NCBI GenBank assembly: GCA_964543525.1
Contig: CAZIYW010000057.1
Span: 1 to 34,163 of the forward strand
DNA length: 34,163 nt
Direction of reading: 5' to 3'
DNA from: an uncultured Fibrobacterota bacterium
GTDB lineage: Bacteria; Fibrobacterota; Chitinivibrionia; Chitinivibrionales; JANQEN01
Shown piece after piece: positions 10,613 through 19,482 of the stretch. The position numbers and the translations under genes were made by a program. Numbering within the stretch: position 1 is the first letter of the stretch; each line of letters opens with the position of its first letter. The notes below the pieces were generated by a model that had not been told where the DNA came from, did no database searches, and saw only the letters and a list, made by a program, of their open reading frames with translations.

Positions 10613-11800
10613 ATGAAAAAACCTCGTCGAGGATCGCTTCAGCAGAAGATCATTCTATTTCTTAAAACCAGTACCGGTTTTAAGATAGTACTTTTTTTTA
10701 CCGTCATGATTCTGCTCAGCTCGTTAGTGGTATATGCAATTGAGCGGAAAATCAATGAAGGTTTTATATCCTTTTTCGATAGCTTATGGTGGACTGTTGT
10801 TACTATATCAACAGTGGGATATGGCGAGCGATTACCGATTTCAGTTACCGGAAGAATCGTGGCAATGGTTACTATTTTTATCGGTATCGGTATCATGGGC
10901 ACCGTTACCGGTCGTATTGCGTCTTTTCTCATGGAGCGTCAGATGAAAGAAGAGAAAGGGTTGCTGGATTACAGCAGCATGAAGGGCCATTTTATTATCT
11001 GCGGATGGAAACGGGAAATGAATCAGGTGTTGCATGAAATTCTCAACAGCAATCCCGAATTAAGTCCTCTGGAGATTGTCATCATCTCCAAAGCGCCGCC
11101 GGATGACGTCAACGCACTCAGAAATGATCCGGAGTTAAAAGGTATCAAATATGTCAACGGTAATTTTGTTGAGGAGCTTGAGATGATACGGGCCGGGGTT
11201 CGGACTGCATCCAAGATATTGGTGCTTGCAGATTACTATACCAAGGGTGATATGCAGCAGATTGATTCCAAAACGGTGATGGCGGTTATGTCGATCAAGA
11301 ATATGAATAAGACAGCCTATGTATGCGCCGAGCTTCTGGATACTAAATTTGAAAAATACCTGAAATTATCCCATTGTGATGAAATCCTTCTGTCGCGAGA
11401 ATTTTCGCGCTCCATGCTTGCTTCAGCTTCCTCAGGCACCGGATTGTCTCATGTGGTTAAAAGTCTGATATCGGGAGAGTGGGGGGTGGGAATTTCAACC
11501 GCATCCTTTCCGGATTCCTTTATCGGTAAAACTTTTCAGGAGCTTCGTACGCATTTTTATACCAGGCAGAATGCGCAGCTTATCGGGATGCTTGAAAACA
11601 CGGGAAATATCATGGAGCGGAAAAGGGTGGCGTTGCGTGAAGCTCAGATGAATCCGGACATCTCAAAACTTATACCCGATTTACAGAGTGTAAAAATGCT
11701 TGTGGCGAATAAACCTGTTATTAATCCGCCCCGGGATTATATCATTAACAAGTATTCACGCGGTATTATCATCACCAGCTCGAATCATGCCTCTTCATAA
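10613..11800 (+). CDS. potassium channel protein with C-terminal RCK/TrkA-N domain
   Basis: Two TM helices flank a pore helix with the canonical K+ selectivity filter TVGYGE. These are followed by a Rossmann-like RCK domain (GHFIICGWKREMNQV...ILVLADYYT). The track start at 10601 is TTG, and the ATG at 10613 (MKKPRRG) is preferred. Confidence 0.75.
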   Translation: MKKPRRGSLQQKIILFLKTSTGFKIVLFFTVMILLSSLVVYAIERKINEGFISFFDSLWWTVVTISTVGYGERLPISVTGRIVAMVTIFIGIGIMGTVTGRIASFLMERQMKEEKGLLDYSSMKGHFIICGWKREMNQVLHEILNSNPELSPLEIVIISKAPPDDVNALRNDPELKGIKYVNGNFVEELEMIRAGVRTASKILVLADYYTKGDMQQIDSKTVMAVMSIKNMNKTAYVCAELLDTKFEKYLKLSHCDEILLSREFSRSMLASASSGTGLSHVVKSLISGEWGVGISTASFPDSFIGKTFQELRTHFYTRQNAQLIGMLENTGNIMERKRVALREAQMNPDISKLIPDLQSVKMLVANKPVINPPRDYIINKYSRGIIITSSNHASS

Positions 11801-11811
11801 GGAGAGAAGCT

Positions 11812-12333
11812 ATGAGTACCGGTCATGAATTACAGGAAAAGATTGCAGATTTAAAGAAGATCAGCCTCTTTAAAGATATTGCAGAGGATGCCGCTGCCAT
11901 GGAAAACGTGGCCGGACTCTTTAATACGGTATCTTTTGCCAAGGGAACGGATGTTCTTGAGGAGGGCGTTTTCGGTGATTCCATATTCATTATAAAATCC
12001 GGGACCGTTCTGATTATAAAAAAGACCATGCAGGGTGACCCATATGTCGTGACTGAATTAAATGCGGATATGAATATATTTTTCGGGGAAGTGGCGCTCT
12101 TGGATCCTGAAAAGCGCTCGGCCACAGTCCGCTGTAAAACTGACTGTGAATTTTATACTACCGATAAGGAGCAGTTCACCAGATTCGGTGATGAAAATCC
12201 CGGCATCGGATTGCTGATTACCCGGGAGGTGTCGCGTATTCTTTGCCAGCGGTTACGCAAGTCGAATGCTGATATTGTTACCCTGTTTGATGCTCTGGTT
12301 GGTGAAGTTGAAAAGTCCGGCGGCATCCAATAA
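11812..12333 (+). CDS. cyclic nucleotide-binding domain protein (stand-alone CNB, CAP-effector-domain family)
   Basis: Carries the phosphate-binding-cassette pattern FGEVALLDPEKRSATVRCKT, with the conserved Gly-Glu and Arg-Ser-Ala of cNMP-binding domains. It is 173 aa with no DNA-binding or other output domain. It starts 11 nt after the K+ channel stop. Confidence 0.7.
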   Translation: MSTGHELQEKIADLKKISLFKDIAEDAAAMENVAGLFNTVSFAKGTDVLEEGVFGDSIFIIKSGTVLIIKKTMQGDPYVVTELNADMNIFFGEVALLDPEKRSATVRCKTDCEFYTTDKEQFTRFGDENPGIGLLITREVSRILCQRLRKSNADIVTLFDALVGEVEKSGGIQ

Positions 12334-12419
12334 TACACTAATAATACTGCCTGCTTAAACATTTGCTTTTCTTTATTTATATTATAGCATACATTACATT
12401 TTAAGAAGGTTACTCACTA

Positions 12420-12450
12420 TACGAATATTTTATTTGCCTTAATATTCGTA
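12420..12450 (+). promoter_or_regulatory. perfect 10-bp inverted repeat TACGAATATT-N11-AATATTCGTA immediately upstream of the PBP start
   Basis: Read directly from sequence. It ends ~20 nt before the PBP ATG and could be an operator or a 5'-UTR hairpin. Confidence 0.3.
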
Positions 12451-12472
12451 ATACATCACTCGATTGTATGGT

Positions 12473-15388
12473 ATGCAGATAAAAAAAATAATTACTTTGA
12501 TAACTTCTTTTTTCACACATAAAATAGTTCTTATCCTGTTGATTATTTTCGGTAGTATAGGTGTAGCAATATATCCTGCCTATCTTATAACGAAACATTT
12601 CTTTAACTGGTATTTTAATGCCTGGGGCGCAAAACTGGTTGCGCTCGAGCAACGGGGCCTTTTATCCAAGGAATTCGGAGCGGCATGGCAGGATGTGCTT
12701 GCCGGTGAAGCCATGAATGAAAAGGCGGGAAGCGTGATTACTCAGGAAGCCGATACCGGCGGTGGCGTTCTTATTGTTGACGGCATTCCGGTGAAAGATT
12801 ACCCTTCGTTAAGTATCGTGGCCCGTTTGAATGAAGTACATGCTTATTCAAATACTATTACGGTAACAGATCGGCGGGGCCGACGGATAGCGACAATACG
12901 GACCGATCATACCCGCGCTAAAATTGAGGAGTTTCCACAGACACTTCTCACCGCATTAATTGCTGCGGAGGACAGCCGGTTCTATGAAAATGAACTAGGC
13001 TTTGAATTTGACAGCTTTGTGCGTGCCATTGTCAGAGCAGTGTTCCGTTCGATTGCCTCCTTTTCTCTTTCCACACCGCGAGGTACTTCGACCATAACCC
13101 AGCAGGTAGCCAAGCTCTTTGTCTCATACCTTGACGAATCTGGACATCGCCGTGTCAGTAAGTCTGTTGATCGGAAAATGCATGAGCTGCGGCTTTCAGC
13201 CGCGCTCCGTAAGATGTACTCTGCGGACGAAATACTCGAAGTGTATATGAATCACTGCATTGCCAGCGATTACGGACTTATCGGCGTTAAGGATATTGCG
13301 CTGGGACTGCTGAATAAGGACCTTGATGAGCTGACGGACGCTGAGTGTGTCTATATTGCCCGGATGGTTAAATGGGGACGGAATATTCATTCGAAGATCG
13401 CCCGTCAATGCCGCATTGATATGCCGAGAATGGCGGAGGCTCTCGGATGGGATGACGCATACACACGGCAAGTCATCGCTGAGATTGATTCACTGACCTT
13501 TGTCAAACCAAAACAGATTCAGACCGATTATGGCCATCTCGTTGATCTGGCAAATGAGTTCTGGCTTCTTTACTTAAAGCAGAAAAACGGGGGAGATGAA
13601 GCCTATTTAAAAACCATGGATATTGTCGATCCCAATTCACTGATTCGGAAAAAAGGCAATTTAACCATTAAACTTTCAATTGACTTACCCCTGCAGGATT
13701 TTCTTCAGAAGCTGGTTAACAGCCGAGGTTTTGGACCGGATACCATAATTTATACCGATGTAAGAATCGGCAGTTACGGTGAGGATATTACCAAGAATAC
13801 ATCACCTGAAGATTCCCTCAGAGTAATATCTATCATTGATACCACCACCCAGTTTTCGGAGCCCAATGCAGAATTTTCCATTACCCTGGAGAAGGGTGAT
13901 ACGCTGGTTACCAATATAAGATACAAAAAAAAGTCAAAAGGGGTCTGGCGGCGGAGCATTTACTACTATACCAGACGGTTGATGGAGGTTGACGGCCAGT
14001 ACTTCTCATATTGTATCCTTGATTCACGTACCGGGAAGCTGTTGGCGTACTACTCAAAGGATAAAATAGGCTCCCGGCTTAACTGCCTGCTACGGAATCC
14101 GGTGCCGAACGGCTCCTCAACCGCGAAACCGATTCTGAATGCGCTCAATTTCGATCTTGGTATTTTCCCGCCTTACGCCAAGTGGAGTGACAGCCTGCCG
14201 GTCACCGGCGACGTTCCCTGGGCACGGGAAATTATCCGGCGAGGAGGAAAACCGTACGAGGTCGTTTTTAAATACAGTGCCGTTCGCGGTAAAGGGTACC
14301 GAATGCATAACCACGATCATGTATTTGAGGGATGCCGGTATATATTCGATCATCTGGCTACCTCAAACAATATATTCGGGGTGGAGTCCATTTACCGTCT
14401 TAACCGGAAGCTCTTTGATCCCACCGGGAGGATTCTTCCTGATGCCTATCCCTTTGCGCAATTCCTGTATCGCCTTAATGCACTCGAAAGGATAAAGAAG
14501 AAATTTAAGACAAAGACAGTCACCGGTGTCCGGCTTTACAAAGAACTGGCAAGGATAGTCGGTGTTGATGTCGACACCATGATTGCCTATGGCAAAAAGA
14601 TGGCGGTATCGGACAGTCTCTATTCCGTTGCTCTCGGTACTCTCGAGATGACGCTGTATGAACAGGCGCATATGTTCAATATGCTCTATAATAATGATCT
14701 TATCCAGCAACCGGCGGAGCATCCATGTCTCGTTATTGACAGTATCAATATTAACGGTACCGGTGTTAACATGGCGGAGCGCGATGTAGTAAAACGGTAT
14801 CATCCGTTTTCGGATGTTAACAGGCTTCGGCCGACCTATCTTGGATTGCATAAGCGACTTACCTCCAACAGGTGGGACGGTCTGAACGATTATGACATCC
14901 CATACTCGGCTGATTCTTCATTTTCTCCCTTAAGCGATCTGGTGTACAGTGAGGATGTCTTTACGATAGATGAACCCCTGTCCAACTATGCCAAGAGCGG
15001 TACCACCGATGATATTTTACGTCCGTTCAATGTTGACGTTACGAGCAAAAAACGGACTAATTACGGTCTCTGGAACGCTGTGATCAGAATCGATCTTTCC
15101 AGGCTTTCAGGCGATTCCATTCCCGATATCCGTGATGTTACCATTGCCTGTATCGGTGAGTGTAATAAGAAGTATACAGGGTCCCGTGACGGAAAGACCC
15201 TGCATAAATATGTTTCCCGTGACCTGTTGAAAAATGCGGGAGAGAAACATCCAGGTGGTTTTTTCTCACAATATGAGCAGTACCTGAAACTGGTGACTCC
15301 CGACTCGGTGAAGTATTGCGGCGATATGCCGGTTGTTGAGAATCCGTGGATGCCGGTTGAGAAAAAAGTGGTGGATAGAGATGAATAA
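12473..15388 (+). CDS. class A penicillin-binding protein (bifunctional glycosyltransferase GT51 / transpeptidase), unusually long
   Basis: N-terminal TM anchor. GT51 motifs are present: EDSRFYENELGFEF (EDxxF block), GTSTITQQ and RKMHELRLSAALRKMYSADEILEVYMN. Transpeptidase motifs are present: SxxK (STAKP), SxN (SNN) and KTG-like (KSGT). The track ORF starts at a TTG, so I used the ATG at 12473 (MQIKK). Confidence 0.75.
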   Translation: MQIKKIITLITSFFTHKIVLILLIIFGSIGVAIYPAYLITKHFFNWYFNAWGAKLVALEQRGLLSKEFGAAWQDVLAGEAMNEKAGSVITQEADTGGGVLIVDGIPVKDYPSLSIVARLNEVHAYSNTITVTDRRGRRIATIRTDHTRAKIEEFPQTLLTALIAAEDSRFYENELGFEFDSFVRAIVRAVFRSIASFSLSTPRGTSTITQQVAKLFVSYLDESGHRRVSKSVDRKMHELRLSAALRKMYSADEILEVYMNHCIASDYGLIGVKDIALGLLNKDLDELTDAECVYIARMVKWGRNIHSKIARQCRIDMPRMAEALGWDDAYTRQVIAEIDSLTFVKPKQIQTDYGHLVDLANEFWLLYLKQKNGGDEAYLKTMDIVDPNSLIRKKGNLTIKLSIDLPLQDFLQKLVNSRGFGPDTIIYTDVRIGSYGEDITKNTSPEDSLRVISIIDTTTQFSEPNAEFSITLEKGDTLVTNIRYKKKSKGVWRRSIYYYTRRLMEVDGQYFSYCILDSRTGKLLAYYSKDKIGSRLNCLLRNPVPNGSSTAKPILNALNFDLGIFPPYAKWSDSLPVTGDVPWAREIIRRGGKPYEVVFKYSAVRGKGYRMHNHDHVFEGCRYIFDHLATSNNIFGVESIYRLNRKLFDPTGRILPDAYPFAQFLYRLNALERIKKKFKTKTVTGVRLYKELARIVGVDVDTMIAYGKKMAVSDSLYSVALGTLEMTLYEQAHMFNMLYNNDLIQQPAEHPCLVIDSININGTGVNMAERDVVKRYHPFSDVNRLRPTYLGLHKRLTSNRWDGLNDYDIPYSADSSFSPLSDLVYSEDVFTIDEPLSNYAKSGTTDDILRPFNVDVTSKKRTNYGLWNAVIRIDLSRLSGDSIPDIRDVTIACIGECNKKYTGSRDGKTLHKYVSRDLLKNAGEKHPGGFFSQYEQYLKLVTPDSVKYCGDMPVVENPWMPVEKKVVDRDE

Positions 15389-15592
15389 CACCGGGATGAT
15401 TGTGGCTATTATCACGCCGGTTACGATTATATCCTTTCTTATGTTAGTATAATTATTTTAACTGTCTGCTAAACTAACGTCGGTATTCAGAAAGCGGCAT
15501 TCAGGTGAGTCCAATATTTTTCACCCGGTAAAATATTACCCTGAATTGCCTGGGTACTGCCAGTTAGGTTTATAACCTTTATAATCCTGACA

Positions 15593-15681
15593 GCCGGATT
15601 CGGAAAGCCGGCGTTTCTTTCATTGTCCAGCAGTTCTGCTATACTATATTGTCAGACAATGGAATTGGTCTGTTTTTTTTA
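15593..15681 (+). terminator. tandem intrinsic terminators downstream of the PBP gene
   Basis: First hairpin GCCGG-N10-CCGGC is followed by GTTTCTTTC (15593-15620). Second hairpin CAGAC-N9-GTCTG is followed by T9 (15654-15681). They sit between the convergent PBP (+) and OMP (-) genes. Confidence 0.6.
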
Positions 15682-15786
15682 TTAATAGCGCTATATTGTG
15701 GTATCAGTAAAAACGGCTTTTTAAAGAATTAAATGAGAATTAAAAATGGATAGATGGGTAGTGTTTTACGCAAGTAGAAAAAAGTG

Positions 15787-16977
15787 CTAAAAGGTAACAC
15801 TACTCCCCACACCCCAATCCTGCTTTTTGATATATACCTCAAATCGAACCTTTTCGAAAAGAACACTGACTCCGCCGCTCAGAATGTGGTGGCTTTCAAA
15901 GGCAATATCGCCGGGAGATCCCAGGATATAATTGGGTGCGTAGGCATATCCGAAACGGAGACAGATCTTTTTATTCAACCACGCCTCAATACCGGTGTGC
16001 AGTCCCACCTTGACATCCTGTTTTTTGTCGAATAAACCAAGGAACTCAACATCAAAGGGAAGTACCAGCTCTACCTTATTCTGCATAATCGGCGCATGAT
16101 AGGCCAGTCCCACGGTCATGCGCTTGTAAACCTTGGGGAACCTGCCTTTACTGTCTGTCCATGTGTTTGTGTGCTTTAAACTATCTATGATAACAGTATC
16201 TAATAGAGAGTCCGGATTAACAATGGTAATAATAGTGTCATATACTGTTGTATCCTTATGAATAATTGACGGTTTTTCAGATTTCCAGCGGCGGGTGAAG
16301 AGATTATGAAAGGTCAGACCGAAATCCATACCGGGAAAGATGTTATCCTGAAAAAAACCCAGATCGAAAAGGAGCCGGGTCTCGTTACGTGATTCATTGG
16401 AGTATGGTGATTGAGTGTACCCCATCAGAACAGTGGTGTCGTGAATTTGCGCATCGTGAACATGTGCATAGACAGGAAGAGAATCGATGGGGTATTCCCA
16501 TTTCATGTTCTCAATACGCATGTTCATGCCGAGATTCACTGCTCCCTGACTCGTACTTCTGTCGAAAAGGCGCCCGGAGACACATATAAGTATATCATTC
16601 TGGTAATTGTTATCCTCACGTTTCAGATTACGGTAGATGGAGCCGATTGTGGTTGTCTCGTTGAAACGCCAACTGGCTCCGGTAGTAATAACGTACCTTG
16701 AGAAGACAGAGTCTTTTGCATAGACTAAAGTGCCGGAGTAAGTATATTCACTCTTCACGTGCCAGCTGTGAATGAGAGCCGGATTGACCAAAGAGCTTGA
16801 GATTACTTCCGGCAAGGCAACACCCGCCTGTGATAATCCCATATAGCGGGGGATGATATAGTGGCGATGAGCACTGAACTGGGGATTCAGTATTTCGGAA
16901 AATGCACATGTAGCTGTTATAATCAGTAATAATAAAGCTGTTAAAGCTGTCGGATTCAGTGTGCTTATTTTTTTCAT
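15787..16977 (-). CDS. outer membrane β-barrel protein, FadL/OmpP1/TodX-like hydrophobic-compound transporter (tentative)
   Basis: Signal peptide (MKKISTLNPTALTALLLLIITATCAFS) and a C-terminal aromatic residue (…SSVTF) typical of β-barrel OMPs. The N-terminal hatch-like segment GLSQAGVALPEVISSSLVNPALI contains the NPA motif characteristic of the FadL family. Confidence 0.45.
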   Translation of the reverse strand: MKKISTLNPTALTALLLLIITATCAFSEILNPQFSAHRHYIIPRYMGLSQAGVALPEVISSSLVNPALIHSWHVKSEYTYSGTLVYAKDSVFSRYVITTGASWRFNETTTIGSIYRNLKREDNNYQNDILICVSGRLFDRSTSQGAVNLGMNMRIENMKWEYPIDSLPVYAHVHDAQIHDTTVLMGYTQSPYSNESRNETRLLFDLGFFQDNIFPGMDFGLTFHNLFTRRWKSEKPSIIHKDTTVYDTIITIVNPDSLLDTVIIDSLKHTNTWTDSKGRFPKVYKRMTVGLAYHAPIMQNKVELVLPFDVEFLGLFDKKQDVKVGLHTGIEAWLNKKICLRFGYAYAPNYILGSPGDIAFESHHILSGGVSVLFEKVRFEVYIKKQDWGVGSSVTF

Positions 16978-17206
16978 GAGTTACAAATTTTCTTCTTCTC
17001 AAAAGATGTTTTGCTATAAGTAACAAAAGTGTTCCAACTACATCTTTCATATAAAAATATATCAATACTGAATTATTGCCACTGTTAGATCCTTTTAATT
17101 TCAATCATATCCACTGCTCTAAATTTAAACTCTGTTTGCTGTTATAAATTTCTATTTATAGTTAGGCTAAGATTACTGTTAAGAAATGCACTTTTAGGAG
17201 ATGGAG

Positions 17207-18025
17207 TCAGACACAGATACATTTATTCATCATTCGTTTGTAGGTCTGGACAATTTCTATTTCGGAGTATTTATTTAGGGCGAGCATATTCTCTACGCTT
17301 TGCACTGCGTGAGTATTGGTGTTGCATTCCTGGCTGATATGTGCCAGTATAATTGCTTTTGGTTTTTTATCTGAGCAGGATAATACCTTTTCCAGAAATG
17401 CTGCACATTGCTCATTAGATAGATGACCAATCTTTTTAATACGCCTTTTCAGCCAGGCGGGCCGCATGGATTGATCGAGCATGTCAGTGTCATGGTTGGA
17501 TTCAATTAAAATTACATCCGAGTTAAGGAATTTACGGTAGAGAGAATCCTGCGGATATCCCATATCTGTGGCGATAGTAATTTTCTTTTTCCCGGTTGGT
17601 GAAGGGTAATACAGGTTGAATCCGAAACAGCCGCCCCGGGAATCATGGGGAACCTGGAAAGCCCGTACAGTAAAATCACCGACGGAAAACACTTTTTTTT
17701 GAAAAATTCTGAGTAAATTAAGCTCGTGCGCTTTCAGCATAATATCATAATGCTTTGTTAATACGGCAGATACGTCACTATGACAGTAAATTGGTACCTT
17801 CGCACTAACAAGTTTTTTCAGCATTGAATGGTTCACATGGTCTGAATGGGCGTGGGTGATCAGAACACCGGAAAGACTATTGAGGTTCAGATTGTGGTGT
17901 GCCAGATTTCCGGCCGTGTAGCGTGGGCTGAATCCGCAATCAACCAATATACTATTACTGTGGTTCCATATTACTGTGCAATTACCGGAACTCGTGCTTC
18001 CTAAAACCCGGATATTAATGCTCAT
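17207..18025 (-). CDS. MBL-fold metallo-hydrolase
   Basis: Metallo-β-lactamase HxHxDH motif (ITHAHSDHVNH) and downstream His/Asp ligands (ATDMGY, HISQE). 272 aa. Confidence 0.75.
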   Translation of the reverse strand: MSINIRVLGSTSSGNCTVIWNHSNSILVDCGFSPRYTAGNLAHHNLNLNSLSGVLITHAHSDHVNHSMLKKLVSAKVPIYCHSDVSAVLTKHYDIMLKAHELNLLRIFQKKVFSVGDFTVRAFQVPHDSRGGCFGFNLYYPSPTGKKKITIATDMGYPQDSLYRKFLNSDVILIESNHDTDMLDQSMRPAWLKRRIKKIGHLSNEQCAAFLEKVLSCSDKKPKAIILAHISQECNTNTHAVQSVENMLALNKYSEIEIVQTYKRMMNKCICV

Positions 18026-18208
18026 GGGGATTTACAGCCTGTTTGTATAGAGAAAATGAATTGCTCATATGATTTGTAATATAATTGATAATTTGAAAAA
18101 AGGAGCTAAAATGATATAGACCTGGTATCTTCATATCGAACGAGAAAAAGTGTAACAAAAAAAGGATTATCAAACGTAATACTATAGAGGAATGCGGGGA
18201 AGGTTTTT

Positions 18209-18391
18209 ATGGAAAAGCAGAAGAAAAAGATAATTAACAAGGCAATAAAGCGGCATAATAAGATATATCCGTGTGGAATTTATAGTTCCTTTGATGAATG
18301 TTTTACCCGGAGGAACGGAACGCTTTTTTTCTGGTATAACACAGAGGATAAGTCAACACACATTATATATCAGAAAATAAAGGATACATAA
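18209..18391 (+). CDS. hypothetical small basic protein
   Basis: 60-aa lysine-rich ORF preceded by a GGGGAAGG RBS-like sequence. No motif recognised. It may be non-coding. Confidence 0.2.
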   Translation: MEKQKKKIINKAIKRHNKIYPCGIYSSFDECFTRRNGTLFFWYNTEDKSTHIIYQKIKDT

Positions 18392-18627
18392 TCGGCAGGT
18401 ATGCATATTTTTCGTGTATTGCCACATTCCTCATCTTAAGGGGAAATTAGTTGCTATTAGGATGAGTGATCTGTCCCGTTATTGAATTATATGTCAGTGA
18501 TACTTAGTGGCTTCAGCGATTTATCATATGAGGATTGGTTTTCTGCTTCTAGAATCAGTGTTTCTCCCATCGTTGTACCCCACTGCTGTAAAGTAGTTAT
18601 TCGGGGCACACAAATTGCCGGGAAGTA

Positions 18628-19482
18628 TCAGTCACCGATTTCTAATCCCTGCTGGTTATAATTTTTGATAAAGTTTTCGATAAGGGCAAGTTTTTCTTCA
18701 GAGATTTTCTGTATCTGAAAGCCGGCATAGAACAGATTCGAGTTTCCTTCCGGATTACACCACATGCATTTTGCTTCAAGTTCGACCGGTTTCATCTGTT
18801 CCGGCAGCATAAATTGGAAAGCAAAGATTCCACCTATAGTATAGGGATATATACTGGAAAGTTTAATTCCCTGGGTGGTTATATCTAACAAGATACCGGC
18901 CTGATTTGACGTCTGGCAGTCGAAGACTTTTACATGAGGAATAATCTGGATACGTTTTAAAATACGTTTGTTTCTTGATGAGACCACTTTTGGCGGGGAG
19001 AATAGTGCGCCTCCGATATCGCAGTTCAGCTTTTTAAAATCACATCCTTCGGGGATTTCTATTCCCCGCAGGTCTGCACCTCGGAAGTCAGAATCATAAT
19101 GTTCTGTACCGAGCATTGCCCCTCTCAGGTCAGCACCGGTAAAATTGGATTCGCTGCAGAGTCCGTCGGCAATCCTGGCACCGCGAAGATCGGCACCCCT
19201 GAAATCAGCGCTGGTAAAATAGCCGAATGAAAGATTGGCACCTTTAAGATCAGCACCGATAAACCGGGTATACACGCAGTTGGTCGATGCAAAGGTTAAC
19301 CCGCGCAATATCGCACCGGTAAGATTTGCATATTCCAGGTTTGTCTTGGTAAGGGTAAATCCCCGAAGGTCAATACCGATTAATTCACGATGCGACAGAT
19401 CAATTTCAGAGAGATCCTTTGTTCGAATTCTGTTTGGATCAATACCGCACTGTACAAGGATATCCTGTGTGTGGCTATCCAT
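18628..19482 (-). CDS. pentapeptide-repeat protein fused to a C-terminal PilZ (c-di-GMP-binding) domain
   Basis: The N-terminal ~150 aa consist of tandem A(D/N)LxG pentapeptide repeats (ADLKGANLSFGYFTSADFRGADLRGARIADG...ADLRGAMLG...ADLRG). The C-terminal part carries the PilZ signature RxxxR (RILKR) followed ~25 aa later by DxSxxG-like DITTQG. Confidence 0.65.
   Translation of the reverse strand: MDSHTQDILVQCGIDPNRIRTKDLSEIDLSHRELIGIDLRGFTLTKTNLEYANLTGAILRGLTFASTNCVYTRFIGADLKGANLSFGYFTSADFRGADLRGARIADGLCSESNFTGADLRGAMLGTEHYDSDFRGADLRGIEIPEGCDFKKLNCDIGGALFSPPKVVSSRNKRILKRIQIIPHVKVFDCQTSNQAGILLDITTQGIKLSSIYPYTIGGIFAFQFMLPEQMKPVELEAKCMWCNPEGNSNLFYAGFQIQKISEEKLALIENFIKNYNQQGLEIGD

Noticed and set aside
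8729-12450. Possible shared motif between the opp palindrome (ATATTACG...CGTAATAT) and the PBP leader inverted repeat (TACGAATATT...AATATTCGTA)
   Set aside because: Half-site orientation and spacing differ, and both are AT-rich. The resemblance is likely coincidental, so they are kept as separate low-confidence sites.
18628-19482. Pentapeptide-repeat protein as a Qnr/MfpA-type quinolone-resistance protein
   Set aside because: The C-terminal PilZ domain and the length differ from Qnr proteins. Nothing in the sequence supports a topoisomerase-protection role beyond the generic repeat.
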